Assembly: GCA_010909165.1 (NCBI GenBank)
Contig: VJWM01000007.1
Location: forward strand, 682,001 to 746,000
Source of the DNA: Anthoceros angustus
Taxonomy: Eukaryota > Plantae > Anthocerotophyta
Direction: 5' to 3'
DNA length: 64,000 bases
Positions 15,415 through 27,376 of this stretch are shown in pieces. The first letter of the stretch is position 1. Each line of letters begins with the position of its first letter. Under the pieces are notes generated by a model. That model had not been told where the DNA came from. It searched no databases and worked only from the letters and a program-made list of their open reading frames with translations. The position numbers and the translations under genes were made by a program.

Positions 15415-16260
15415 TTGGCACGATGAAGCGCTACAGCAACATATGGAAGGCCTCATGGAGCTATGATGCGTTGCAGCTCGCAAACCTTTCCACCGTAAAC
15501 TTCGTTAGAAAGGAGATAGTACCTACAAATCTTCTCGCTGGCCTTTTTTCTCGACTCAAATCACAGCAAGAGCCTTACAACTCAGTATATAAAATACCGG
15601 CACAAGCTCAAGATGACAAACATACAATCTGCAAAAAGGGTGAGACTATTCACCATAGTAAACGAATTTGTCTCATACATTGCACACATTTCCTGAACCA
15701 CCTGTTATTAAAGTGGAACACAACTCACACATTCTGCAAGTTTTCAGACCCTCTTATATCAGCATCCCCTGTGTCTAATATAACCAAAGAGCTGATGGCA
15801 CTGGTAGGAAGGCAGCTGTAACACCTGGAAGGCCCCAACCTAGGAGCAATGATAGGTTAGATTACTGGAACCTTCTCACCGTCGGCTTACTTAGAAAGGA
15901 GGTGGCACCTATACCTTCATGCAGTCACCTTCATCACTGTACCCAAGCTAGTCCCAGCGACTGACCACGTTCGATATCATTGTGCAAATTTTCATGCACT
16001 CTTATACAGGTGAAAACAGTCTTAGCGCATGCAATGCCTAGTAAACAGGTGATGACCCTAGTACGGAGGCAACTGCACCACATGGAGGGTCTCCAGCTAA
16101 ACGCGATGGGCTGCAGAACTGGAGCCTTCTGCCTTCAGCTTCGTTAGAAAGAAGATAGGTACCCACAGTTAACTTGTAATGGCCTTCTCTCTCAACTCAC
16201 AGATTCCCAACTCAATACGTGGAATCTGGGTCGCAGAAGCTCAAAACCAACAGACATATC
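15415..16260. repeat. Three diverged direct repeats (about 110-200 bp) downstream of the HSF stop
   Basis: Copies at about 15415-15625, 15800-15915 and 16060-16260 share collinear blocks, e.g. cttcgttagaaaggagatagtaccta / cttacttagaaaggaggtggcaccta / cttcgttagaaagaagataggtaccca. Confidence 0.7.
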
Positions 16261-16327
16261 AGGCAGTTACCACGGTAAGCCCTTGGACAAATACCGACAC
16301 AGAATGATCTCATTGTTGCTAGATACA

Positions 16328-18175
16328 TCAGGGCTTTAAAACCGGTGCCAGTTGACCCATCTGCTCTGCGAGTTGATCTACACTTGGCTTACTGTACAGC
16401 CATGGCTCACCACCACCTCCAGCAATGTCTCCATGGTCAATGGGGTCCGGCATATCTTCTGCCTCTGGCTCTGTACCTGGTGACTCAGCTGTACTTCCAG
16501 ACAAGAACTGCTCCCAAAATACATCATTCACAGCAGAGCCTACAACTACACTGTCTGCTGTGGTACTCACCTCTGCTTCAGGGGAATACGTATTCACATC
16601 ACCATCAAGGCCTAACTCCAAAGCCATAGCATCCCCATTCGATTCTCTCAGTTTTAAGCCTATCCCAGAATCGTCAAAAGTGGCAGTCTCCAGTTCTGGA
16701 GAACATATAGCATTATCCGCATCCACGCTGATTGTAGGTAACTGAACTGTTCGTGGAGACGGATGAGAGAGGTGAAATTGGGAATCCCCCACAAAGTCAT
16801 TGCCTGTTTGATTAACTAGTGCTTCTGGCCCGGAAGGAGGTACATGCATCTCAGTTAGGGTCACGCCTGACTGCCGACTTTCCTGCATCTGTTCCCCCGA
16901 GCTGCCCAAGTCTCGAAATAACGCTTCCAATGTGTTGCTTGCCTCAACTTTGTTACTCTCAGAGGAGTTGAACAACTGCAGAAGCATAGCCCGTGCGTCG
17001 TTCGAGCCAGGTTGATACCTGACTATCTGACCATCATTTTGGGCCCCATGGTCACCTGATTCACCGTCAACTTCTTGCTTGGGTAATCGCCTCTTCTTCC
17101 TGACTGTTGCTGCAAGCCGCTTGTTGGTCTCATTCTGATGCACAAGTTGGGCAAGAAACGTAGGGTTCTGCATAGCTTTAGCTAAAAATGACATCATCTG
17201 TTGCTGACGTTGTTCTGTAACTTGCAACCGTTGCCCCATGACCTGCAGGACAATGCGATCTCCAGGAGGTCACAAAAGTACTCCAGAAAAGAACCGCAGC
17301 TCAGCTGAGAAAGGGATTTTCACTCCATGAGATGTAAACAAATTGCAATGCAGTAAGTACGTAATCAGATTATCACCTGTAGCTCCCTTTCTGTTGATTG
17401 TTGTTGCTGGCGCAATCTCACTAGTTCCAGCATGAGGACGTTCTTGTCACGCTTTAATCTTTCAATTTCACCTTCCAACCCAAACTTCCCAACCTCCACG
17501 CACGCCCCTACACTTGAGCTTTGGGACTGTTGCTGCTGCTGCGGTTGACCATGGGATACAGGTTTCCGGCGGTGAATGTTTTTCAGAAGGTGCCTCTGCC
17601 CACGCAAGAATCCTTCATTCGCAAATTCCCACCGGTCTGGATCTACCTTGCGGAAACCCTACAATACCCAGAGCTTTAAGACACGTACATCCCGGACGTG
17701 GCAGAAAACTGGATAGGGATTAGCAGCCTGGCACAACGAAACCCTCACCACAAGAACATTACATCTGCTGTAACTTCTTCATTGACGGGGAAATGGGGCC
17801 TGGCTATCTCACTGGACAGGGCAGCTCTCAACTTACATAAGTGTTCAGCTGTCGAACAAAACTCGAGAAATTGTTGTGCTTGAAGTATTTGGGAAGAAGG
17901 TCGCGCGCAAACTCAGGAGGATTCCACACAATAAAACTGTTATTGCTGTTGCTCCAAGACACAGTCGCGTCTGTGGCAGGATCATCTACCATGTCGAAAG
18001 TCTTAGTCAGAAAAGGAGGTGGAGCCGAGCTTTGCAGGCCATCCATCGGCTGAGGAGCGGAAGTCGTAAACGCCTTCTCTGCAGGAGGCACTGTGCTAAT
18101 CAACCGAGTGTTCATCATGTTGTCCTTGGCCTCGGGAGACCACTGAGTGACTGGACTCACGGAAGGGGAACCCAT
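16328..18175 (-). CDS. HSFA1: Heat stress transcription factor, class A1 (3 exons)
   Basis: [17 protein letters not shown]...[20 protein letters not shown]|[15 protein letters not shown] with the conserved intron at 17659-17836; class A HR-A/B; NLS RKKRRLP; [11 protein letters not shown]; [11 protein letters not shown]. Confidence 0.95.
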
Positions 18176-19444
18176 TGCCTCCGCCTGTGGTATTCAACAC
18201 ATACCCAGCAAGCCAGCCTCCACAGCTGCAATCGGATGAGTCATCGCAAGAGCCATAGGAGAAAGGAGCTAAAGAGCTGAAGGCAACAGGCATACTCAAG
18301 CGGACGAGTGATGGGGGAAACGCGTGTTCTGCACCGTAGCGTTTCAGTCCAGTCCATGACAATGGTCGTAATCGCAGTCGTAGCAAACCCCCAACACCCC
18401 CTAGGAGGTTTCTTTCCCTTTTTGATGATAGTGGATGTCTTGAGGGTGTTTTATTCACGAAATCAACCAAATCGTATACACCAAAAGCAGAATAACCAAA
18501 CCCCAAAATCTTTATATTATACACGTTAGAGCAACATCTTGCCACATATTGAGGTGAAAAAACGATGGGAAAAGCCCATCTAGGAGGGGACAACCAAAGG
18601 GGACCAGGGGATCAAGGTGAAGAGGAGCAACTAAGCTCCCTACCTAAAGTCACCTACTGCACCCACAATGTCATATGCAGGAAGAATAAACGGCCCGCAA
18701 ACCACGGAGGTAGAGGAAGATGCGCCACACCGCCGCCGCCTTGTGGAGGATCGCTGAGAGCGCCCGCTGAAGGGCAATTGAAACCCGCTGGTGAAGTACG
18801 AGAGGGAGCCGCACCGTGTCACGCATGGTAAGCTTTGGCATGTGACAACAAATTTGTCAAAGTCCTCAACCATTGCTCCATACGCTTAGTGCAAGCGGAA
18901 TAAAGAGGTGGCCCGCTTGCATCGTGCTATATTTGCGGACCTTGAGAGCCACCGCCCGGCAGCAGCCTCAACTCGACGAAGTGATGACCGAGCGAGATGG
19001 TGTCTCGTGTAGGATCGGTAACCACCACATCTCGCCATCAAACCGGTCGCTGACGGATAAGTGCACGTCGATTGAACGACCAGACGGAGAGTATACATCC
19101 GCCTCCTCCATGCCATGTAGCCGCTTTCGCGGCGATGGCGAACATGACATCGCTGGATGGCGCCGTGAGTGGCAATGCGATGACTGGGACAACGAGCAAG
19201 GTGTACCCTGAATCATCGAGGCGAGCCGCACTCGCAAGTAAGGAGCGAAGAAGCCACGGTGGAGGCGAGCCAAGACTAATCGCATCGCAGAGTGAAGGTG
19301 GTGGTGCGATGTGAAACCCGTATGCATGGGCGGGCCAACAGCCAAGCACTGCGCCTTCCGTAACAAGAGCGAGCCGCCTTGTGGGATGGAGGGGTCCCGG
19401 AGGGCGATCGAAAGCCCGGCCGAGCCGCCTCGGCAGATGCCTCG

Positions 19445-20990
19445 CAACCCTCGAAACCATCAAATGTCGAGAAAGGAGGGAAGTCCTTCCGAGCATCCAC
19501 CGATAACATGTCCCTAGCTTGCCTTATGGACGCTTGAGAGAGAAGGTTCCCTCCTCCACACTGATACGAGATCCTCCGTAAAGGGCCCGCCATGGAGGAT
19601 GAACCGAGGCAGAGGGCCCAACCGGAAAGCCACCGAGGAATAGAAGACCTCCAGAGAGTGCCTCCAAATTGCAGGTAGGGATGCTTGCTGGGCCGACGCC
19701 TATAGGGCCCAACGCCTGTGAAAGCCACCGAGGAATAGAAGACCTCCAGAGAGCCTCCAAATTGCAGGTAGGGATGCTTGCCACGGGCCGACGCCCATAG
19801 GGCACTCAAAAGCCCCGAGCCCAAGATGTCCCCAGAGTATCCATAATCTTCCTATCAAACCGCAATGGACAAAAAGTCGGGACTGAGGCAACAGTGATGA
19901 GGTAACTGTGGCGCCTAGCAAAAGAGGAAAGAATTCCAAAGGCCACCTGTATCCACCAAAGAAAGGAGGTCCTCGACATGGGAGAGGTCATGAGAGCCAG
20001 TCCGTGAAGCTTGAGGGGGAACCGGCAACCCCTGAAACCATCGATAATAAATGTCGAGAAAGGAGGAAGTCCTTAGGCATTGATAACATGTCCTAGCTTG
20101 CCTCAAGGGCGTTTGGAGAGAAGGTTCCCTCCTCCACACGTCGAGATCCTCGAGAAAGGGCTGTCATGGAGGATGAACCGAGAAGCCAGGCGAGAGAGGG
20201 CCCAGCGCGAAAGCCGGGAAGAGACCTCCAGTGAGCGGAACTGTGCCTCAAATTGCAGGTAGGGATGCTTGCCAGTGAGCGAGATCGCCCATAGGGCACT
20301 CAAAAGCCACAGGCCCAGGATGTCCCCGAGTATCCATAATCTTCCTATCAAACCGCAATGGACAAAAAGTCGGGACTGAGGCAACAGTGATGAGGTAACT
20401 GTGGCGCCTAGCAAAAGAGGAAAGAATTCCAAAGGCCACCTGTATCCACCAAAGAAAGGGAGGTCCTCGACATGGGAGAGGTCATGAGAGCCAGTCCGTG
20501 AAGCTTGAGGGGGAACCGGCAACCCCTGAAACCATCGGTAATAAATGTCGAGAAAGGAGGAAGTCCTTGAGCATCCGCGATAACATGTCCCTAAGCTTGC
20601 CTCAAGGGCGTTTGGAGAGAAGGTTCCCTCCTCCACACGTCGAGATCCTCAGAAAGGGCTGTCATGGAGGATGAAGCAAAAGCCAAAGCGAGGCGAGAGA
20701 GGGCCCAGCGCGAAAGCCGCGGGAAGAGACCTCCAGTGAGGCGACACTGCCTCAAATTGCAGGTAGGGATGCTTGCCAGTGAGCGGATCGCCCATAGGGC
20801 ACTCAAAAGCCCAGGCCCAGGATGTCCCCGAGTATCCATAATCTTCCTATCAAACCGCGTAGGACAAAAGTGTCGGGGGCCGGAGGCGTCTGGATGAGGT
20901 AACGGGCGCCTAGCAAAAGCAGGAAAGAATTCCAAAGGCCACAGCATCCTCCGGCAAAGGAGGTCCTCGACATGGGAGAGGTCCTCTGCG
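19445..20990 (-). repeat. Three tandem copies (period about 494 bp) of the post-RT segment of the retroelement
   Basis: The same junction GAGAGCCAGTCC|GTGAAGCTTGAGGGGG occurs at 20003/4 and 20497/8; the first copy has an extra ~95-bp internal duplication (19626, 19721). Confidence 0.9.
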
Positions 20991-22999
20991 AGCTGGTCAG
21001 AAGCTCCGATGAAGTCGAGGCAGAGGGACCCCTAGAATCAGCCCAAAGCCAAAGCAATCTCCTGGAAATTGCAAAGTAGGTAGAATCCCGACGGAGACAA
21101 AGACTGCACTTGACCTTCAAGCCCCACCAAAGAAAGCTCATGAGAGAAGAGCTCAAAGGCCTCCTTAACTTTGTCCCTAGGCCCAGGATGTGAGAGTCGC
21201 CCACAAGGGAAGACACGCTACTGAGAAGGCGGCCTAGATAGGGCCCTATAGTGAGCAATGGCGAAGAGAGCACCGCCTAGGGGTCGCCTTGCCCGGTACC
21301 GTGGCCGATTCCAAGACAGAGACAAGAACTCAAGAGACGCTCTTGTGGCCGGTAGTAGAGGTTGGAAGACCTCCGTAGAAGCACCGACAAAAGGTATAAG
21401 GCTCCCCAAGACGCCAAGATCCCTAAGCTCCTCGAAGATGACGCTCCTAGAAATGGTATTGAAGGCGTTCTCGACATCAACCTGTAAGACCACCCACTCC
21501 GGGTGGGTATCAAGGCATGCCTTCACTCCAAGCACCACAGACTCACAGCCCCCCGGAGTGGCAATGCCAAATTGAAGGGGGTTGAGGTGCTGCTGAAGAA
21601 GAGAGCGGCACTGAAGGGCAATAGTGCGGCCGAGTAGTCGCATGAAGGCTTCCCCGACCGCGAGTGGGCGCACGCCCGAGCCTGGGGCAGGCTTGTCCAT
21701 AGCGACAAGCCTGCTAGCTGCAAGAACATGGGAAATCCGGTGAGGCGTCTCACCCCGAGCCACCGCAGCTGCAGAAAAGAGCCTGGGAAGCCACTAGATG
21801 GATCTTCGGGAGAAAAGGTCCCCGAGGTGTTCAAACACCATTCCCGACAACCCGGATGAAAGATGTGGGGTCGAGAGTGCCAGAGCAAAAGCCGCCCGAT
21901 CCAGAGAAGGATCCTCCGGACGAGTCGATATGTCCGGGGATGGCATCCTTGGAGCCGGATGGAGGCACGAGGGCAACAATGGTCTCCTCAGGCGGGGGCT
22001 AGGGGAGAGGTCATGAGAGCCAGTCCAGAAGCTCCCGATGAAGTCGGGAACCAAGGGGACCCCTAGAACCAGCCCAAAGCCGAGCAATCTCCATGGAAAT
22101 TGCAAAGTAGGTAGAATCCCGACGGAGACAAAGACGCAGACTGAGCCTTGACCTTCAAGCTCACCAAAGAAAGCTCATGAGAGAAGAGCTCAAAGGCCTC
22201 CTTAACTTTGTCCCTGTGCCCGAGGATGTGAGAGTCGCGCCAAATAAGGAAGACAATACTGAGAAGGCGGCCCTAGATAGGGCCCTATAGTGAGCAATGG
22301 CGAAGAGAGCACCGCCCAGGGGTCGCCTTGCACCTGTGGCCGATTCCAAGACAGAGACAGCAAATCCTGAAGAGACGTTCTTGTGCTGGTAGTAGAGGTT
22401 GGAAGACCTCCCGTAGAAGCACCGGACAAAAGGTATAAGGCTCCCCAAGACGCCGCCAGCATCCCTAAGCTCCTCGAAGATGACGCTCCTAGAAATGGTA
22501 TTGAAGGCGTTCTCGACATCAACCTGTAAGACCACCCACTCCGGGTGGGTTTCAAGGCATGCCTTCACTCCAAGCACCACAGCACCACGGAGTGGCAATG
22601 CCAAATTGAAGGGGTTGAGGTGTCAAGAAGAGAGCGAGGCGGGGGGCAATAGTGCGGCCGAGTAGTCGCATGAAGGCTTCCCCGACCGCGAGTGGGCGAC
22701 GCCGAGCCGCGCGTCCATAGCGACAAGCCCGCTAGCCGCAAGAACATGGAAATCCGGTGAGGCATCTCACCCCGAGCCACCGCCGAGAGAAAAGAGCCTG
22801 GGAAGCCACTAGATGGATCTTCGGGAGAAAAGGTCCCCGAGGTGTTCAAACACCATTCCCGACAACCCAGATGAAAGATGTGGGGTCGTAGAGTGCGAGC
22901 AAAAGCCGCCGATCCAGGAGAAGGGATCCTCCGGACGAGTCGATATGTCCGGGGATGGCATCCTTGGAGCCGGATGGAGGCACGGAGGGCAACAATGGT
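20970..22999 (-). repeat. Two tandem copies (period about 1.03 kb) of the reverse transcriptase core
   Basis: ORF-track peptides 21218..21763 and 22161..22604 both contain VKACL(D/E)THPEWVVLQVDVENAFNTISRSVIFEELRD. Confidence 0.92.
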
Positions 23000-23109
23000 C
23001 TCAGAAGCCAGGGAGGGTCGAAGAGCACATGAGCATACTCACTGCCGCCGCTTTTGCAACGACGCAGTTTGTTGCATTACCCGGACCTGCTCCAACCGCT
23101 GCGGCAGAT

Positions 23110-24885
23110 TCCCCGAGCCTTGGCAAAGACGCAAAGCCTCCTCACGGAGGGATGCCTACTACCGCGCCAAGACGGCTAGCAACTTCCCGATGCCCAAGCC
23201 CCACCCCTAGAACACCAAGGCACCACCGGGAGAAGCGGAGAAGGCACCAAGCTAACTCGCCCCTGGGATCGAGCGCAAGGCGATCCAAGGAAGACGGAAC
23301 GCCAAACGCATCATCATGAAGGTGGCGGGGAAGCCTGCGGAAGATGCGCGGGCATGGAAAGCGGGTTTCAAACATCCCAAGTAGGTCCAGCTGACCCCGC
23401 AACCATTCCCAGGAAGAGAGAGGCACCCCGCGAAGGACGAAACTAGACGCCAAAGCCTGCACTGCGGAACTGGAGGAGGTCGCAATGTGCACTTTGACAG
23501 CCCAAGTAGTCTAGTCGAAATCTTTATGCATGTGCCCAATGTGGGTTTTCACCCCCTTGACACCGCAGCAGAATTGAGCACAGACAAGACACGGACTGTC
23601 CTTAACGGTCACAGGAGGTGTAGACCGCCCCATTGGGAAGGGTACTAAAAGAACCCGCAAACGCCGTGAGGGGCGTGGCCGAGGAGGTACCGGGACCGGA
23701 CAAACGACCCCACCTTAGGACATACGAGGTGTGAGTCTGTGGCGAACCCCAAAAGGCGGCCAAAGAGCTCTACCTAGAGGGACCGCAACCCACAAAACCA
23801 CCGACCCACCAAACTAGCGCCTGCACCGCAACTCAGAACCAAAAGTCAGGGGTAGGAAATCCACCACGAAAAGGCCGAACAAAATCGGGAAAAATAAATT
23901 CCCACCGCCACCGCAGAACACACGACCGGCTGCAACTCCGGTGGCACACTAGCGGGCGTGAACCCCACTGGCCCCGCCTGGAGCCGGATGGAGGCACGGA
24001 GGGATGCCCGCCCGCTCCGCGCCGAGCCTTGGCGACGCAAAGCCTCCTCACGGAGGGATGCCCGATCCACCGGCCGGCGAAGGCGGCTAGCAACTTCCGA
24101 TGCCCAAGCCCCACCCCTAGAACAGAAACCAGGAGAAGCGGAGAAGGCACCAAGCTAACTCGTCACAGGGATCGGCGCAAGGCGATCAAGGGAAGGCGGG
24201 CATGGAAGCGGGCATCATCATGAAGGTGGCGGGAAGCTGCGGAAGATCTTGCGGGCATGGAAGCGGGTTTCAAACATCCCAAGTAGGTCCGGTGACCCGC
24301 AACCATTCCTGTGAAGAGAGAGGCACGGAGGGATGCCCGATCCAGAGAAGGCACCACCGGGAGAAGGCACCACCGGAGGAGGTCGCAATGTGCACTGGCA
24401 GTAGTAGTCTAGTGAAATCTTTATGCATGTGCCCAATGTGGGTTTTCACCCCTTGACACCGCAGAGAGTTGAGCACAGACACGGTGTCCCTTAGAGTCCA
24501 GGAGGTGTAGACCGCCCCATTGGGAAGGTACTAAAAGAACCCATAAGCCGATCGTGGCCGAGGAGGTACCGGGACCGGACAAACGACCCGACCTTTCTGG
24601 GACATCTGGTGTGAGCTCCGTGTGGCGAACCCCAAAAGGCGGCCAAAGAGCTCTACCTAGAGGGACCGCAACCCACAAAACCACCGCCGACCCACCAAAC
24701 TAGCGCGCACACCGCAACCAAAAGTGGGTAGGAAATCCACCATCAGAAAAGGCCGAACAAAATCGGGAAAAATAAATTCCCACCGCCACCGCATGACACA
24801 CGCCGGCCGCAACTCCGGTGGCACACTAGCGGCGTGAACCGGCCCCGCCTGCCCGCCCGCCTCTGGAGCCGGATGGAGGCACGGG
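23110..24885 (-). repeat. Two tandem copies (period about 0.9 kb) of the 5'/zinc-finger segment
   Basis: CCGAGCCTTGGC at 23113 and 24022; the GVKTHIGHMHKD-coding block at about 23526 and 24423. Confidence 0.88.
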
Positions 24886-24939
24886 CCACCCCGTCTGCCT
24901 CGCTAACTGCCCACCTAAATTGAGGCACCGTACCTCCAT

Positions 24940-25575
24940 GAGCCCGAGCCCACTCCCGCGCCGCCCGCCCGCCCGCGGCGGGCACCTCCGCGCCCGCCCG
25001 CCCGCGCCCGCTCCGCGCCGCCCACTCCCACTCCCGCGCCGCCCACTCCCACTCCCGCGCCGCCCGCGCCCGGCCGCGCCCGGCCGCGCCCGCCCGCCCG
25101 CGGCGGGCACCTCCGCGCCGCCCGCCACGCACTGCCCCTAGCATCGCCACGCTCAGACACTGCAACCCCGCACCACATTCGCGCCCCGGTCGCACCATGC
25201 CCGCCTGCACTGCACGGCGCCCTCTTCGCACCCACTCCCACTCCCGCGCGCCTGCGCACTGCGCCGAGCCCACTCCCACTCCCGGTCCCGGTCCCAGCGC
25301 CGCCCACTCCCGCGCGCCGCGCCCGCCGCCCGCCTCACCGTCGCTCCCGCACCGCCCACTCCTCCCGCCGCTCCGCGCCCGCCCCGCAGGCATCTCCCCG
25401 CCCGCGCCGGGCACCTCCGCTTCGCGCCGCGCGCCTGCCCGCCCGCTCCGCGCCGCGCCGCCCGCGCCCGGCCGCGCCGCGCACCACTCATGAAGCGCCG
25501 GCGCGCCGCGCCGCGCTCCCTCATCGCCCGCGCCGCCTCCCGCCTCCCTCCTCATCGCCGCCGCCTTCACCGCCT
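24940..25575. repeat. Extremely GC-rich low-complexity tract (CCCACTCCCACTCCCGCGCC / GCCCGCGCC units)
   Basis: Read directly; strongly C-rich on the plus strand and G-rich on the minus strand. Confidence 0.85.
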
Positions 25576-26077
25576 CCAAATGATTCGTATAAATGTCAAT
25601 CCCAGCAACATCTAGTCCTACATATTCCAAGAATGAATGAGCAAGTCTTACACTTTACCCCTCCTTACCTAACATATCAAAATAGGATGCTTAGCATGTC
25701 ACTTTAGCATTAGGTCCAGACATGAAGAAAAATAATTCAACGCGCGCGATGGCAGAAAGCCCAAGAGAGTCGGCTAGGCGGACAATTGTTGAACTTACGC
25801 ATTGAGAGCTAGTACTCTGAACACTAAATCTTTAAACCTTCTTATTTGCAATCCAATGTGATGAATTTGTGAATGAGAAACGTGGTTTATCGTGTGTAGG
25901 GTCCGTTGTGATTGACTTTGGAATTCACACCCTTGCAATTTGCAAAGGATCTTTTTGCATTATAATTTTGAAGTTTGCCACAAACATATGATTGCACAAT
26001 ATATGTGCAATCCTTTTCAGCAGCTTTTATATCCATAATTATGCGCACAATCGCTATACTAGAAATTAAGCAAGCAA

Positions 26078-26700
26078 GGGGCCCCGACTTAAGTTGGGCA
26101 CTGTATACATGGAAGGAAGCTACATAGTTTCTGCCAAATGCAAACGGCGCAGTAGCGTGCGCTAGGGGTGATGGAGCACCAAGGGTAAGAGGTTGGCATT
26201 TCGAAGGGGCCCGACTTCAGTTGGGCGCTATTCACGTGGAGGGCAGCTGCATGGTTTCCGCCGACAAACAAGCGGAGAAGTCGAACGCGCTGGAGGTGGT
26301 GACGCACCAAGGGTAGGATGTGGGCGTTTGGAGGCGACCCGGACTGAAGTTGCACGCTATAAACGTGGAGGGGAGCTGCATGGTTTCTGTAAACAAGTAA
26401 TCGGAGAAGTAGAGCGCACTGGGATTGGTAAGGCACCAGGGGTGGGAGGTCTACAGGCGTTTCAGGGGGGCCCCAACTTAAGTTGAGTGTCATAAACGTG
26501 GAGGGGAGACGTATGGTTTTCGCCGACACGCAAGTGGAGGAGTAGTGTATGCTGGGGGTGGTAGGGCAGCAAGGGTGCGAGGTTGGCATTTCGGGGGGCC
26601 CGTAGCGAGCACTACATCGGGTGATGTAGTGTCCGCTGGGGGTGGTGGAGCACCAAGGGTGGGGAGGTTGGACTTAAGTTTAGTGGTACATATATGTAGG
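26078..26700. repeat. Diverged tandem repeat, unit about 127 bp, 4-5 copies
   Basis: Anchor GGGGCCC(C)(G/A)ACTT(A/C)AGTTG at about 26078, 26206, 26333 (diverged), 26466 and partly 26594, each followed by ...GCACCAAGGGT-like blocks. Confidence 0.85.
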
Positions 26701-27376
26701 GGAGCTCCATGGTTTTTATGGGGAAAACTTGCTCAAAAAGCTCTTTTCGAAATGTTATCCAACATGGGACCAAAAAACAAGTGTTCATACGCCTATTGAG
26801 AAAGCCTCCCCCTGGCGGTCCCGAAAACTGGAGAGTTGCAAAGCTCTAGAGGCCAAGTCTCTTGCCTGCTTCTATTAAACTTAGGAACACACGTAGACAT
26901 CTCGTGATCATAAGCCATAGAAAATATTCTCTAAAACAACCAAAAAAATCACAAAAGAAAAGAGAAATAACACTTTGTGAAATTCTTTGTTGTTAATGGT
27001 GCAATATTTAGTACTAGTTTATTTAGGCATCAACGGTTTTCCTCTGAAGGTACTCTTATACAATCTATTACTGATCACTTGCTGTTGCGCACTAAGCTAC
27101 TACAATTCCTTGTCATGCGAATGCAAGTATTTCACCTGATTTGTGGCCTCTCAACTTATGGGCCTAGGGCTAAAGCACAAGCACTTGACCATGTATACGC
27201 TAATTAATAGCTGGTACCACTATTTGCGCACCCCAAAGGTTCAAATCAGCTTCTCACTTCTTGCAGCATCCTTACTATTGTGGATGCAATTTTAGACTCT
27301 TTTGAAATTCACGCAACTTGAAGATATTTTTCTGGCACATATTTTGCACTCTACTTGGTGATCGATTTTGTATGGC

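Larger units (their letters stand above)
18419..24885 (-). mobile_element. Non-LTR retrotransposon with restriction-like endonuclease (CRE/R2-like), frameshifted and internally reiterated
   Basis: Read 5'->3' on the minus strand: C2H2 finger CLVC-x12-H-x4-H (23526-23591); RT motifs GVRPLAVGE, QFGIATPGGCE, VDVENAFNTISR, QGDP(L)GGALF, degraded YLA(D)DSHILG; post-RT QASLP; CCHC knuckle TCECG..LDDSG.HLARC..RIATH (about 19160-19240); RLE-type DVVVTDP, KVRKY, FIPLAL.AYG, SIALQR (about 18740-19080); AATAAA at about 18450 and a short A-run at 18419-18423. Confidence 0.85.

Noticed and set aside
15508-16152. Heat-shock elements in the triplicated module (TTCgttaGAA)
   Set aside because: The spacing is 4 nt rather than the nTTCnnGAAn register.
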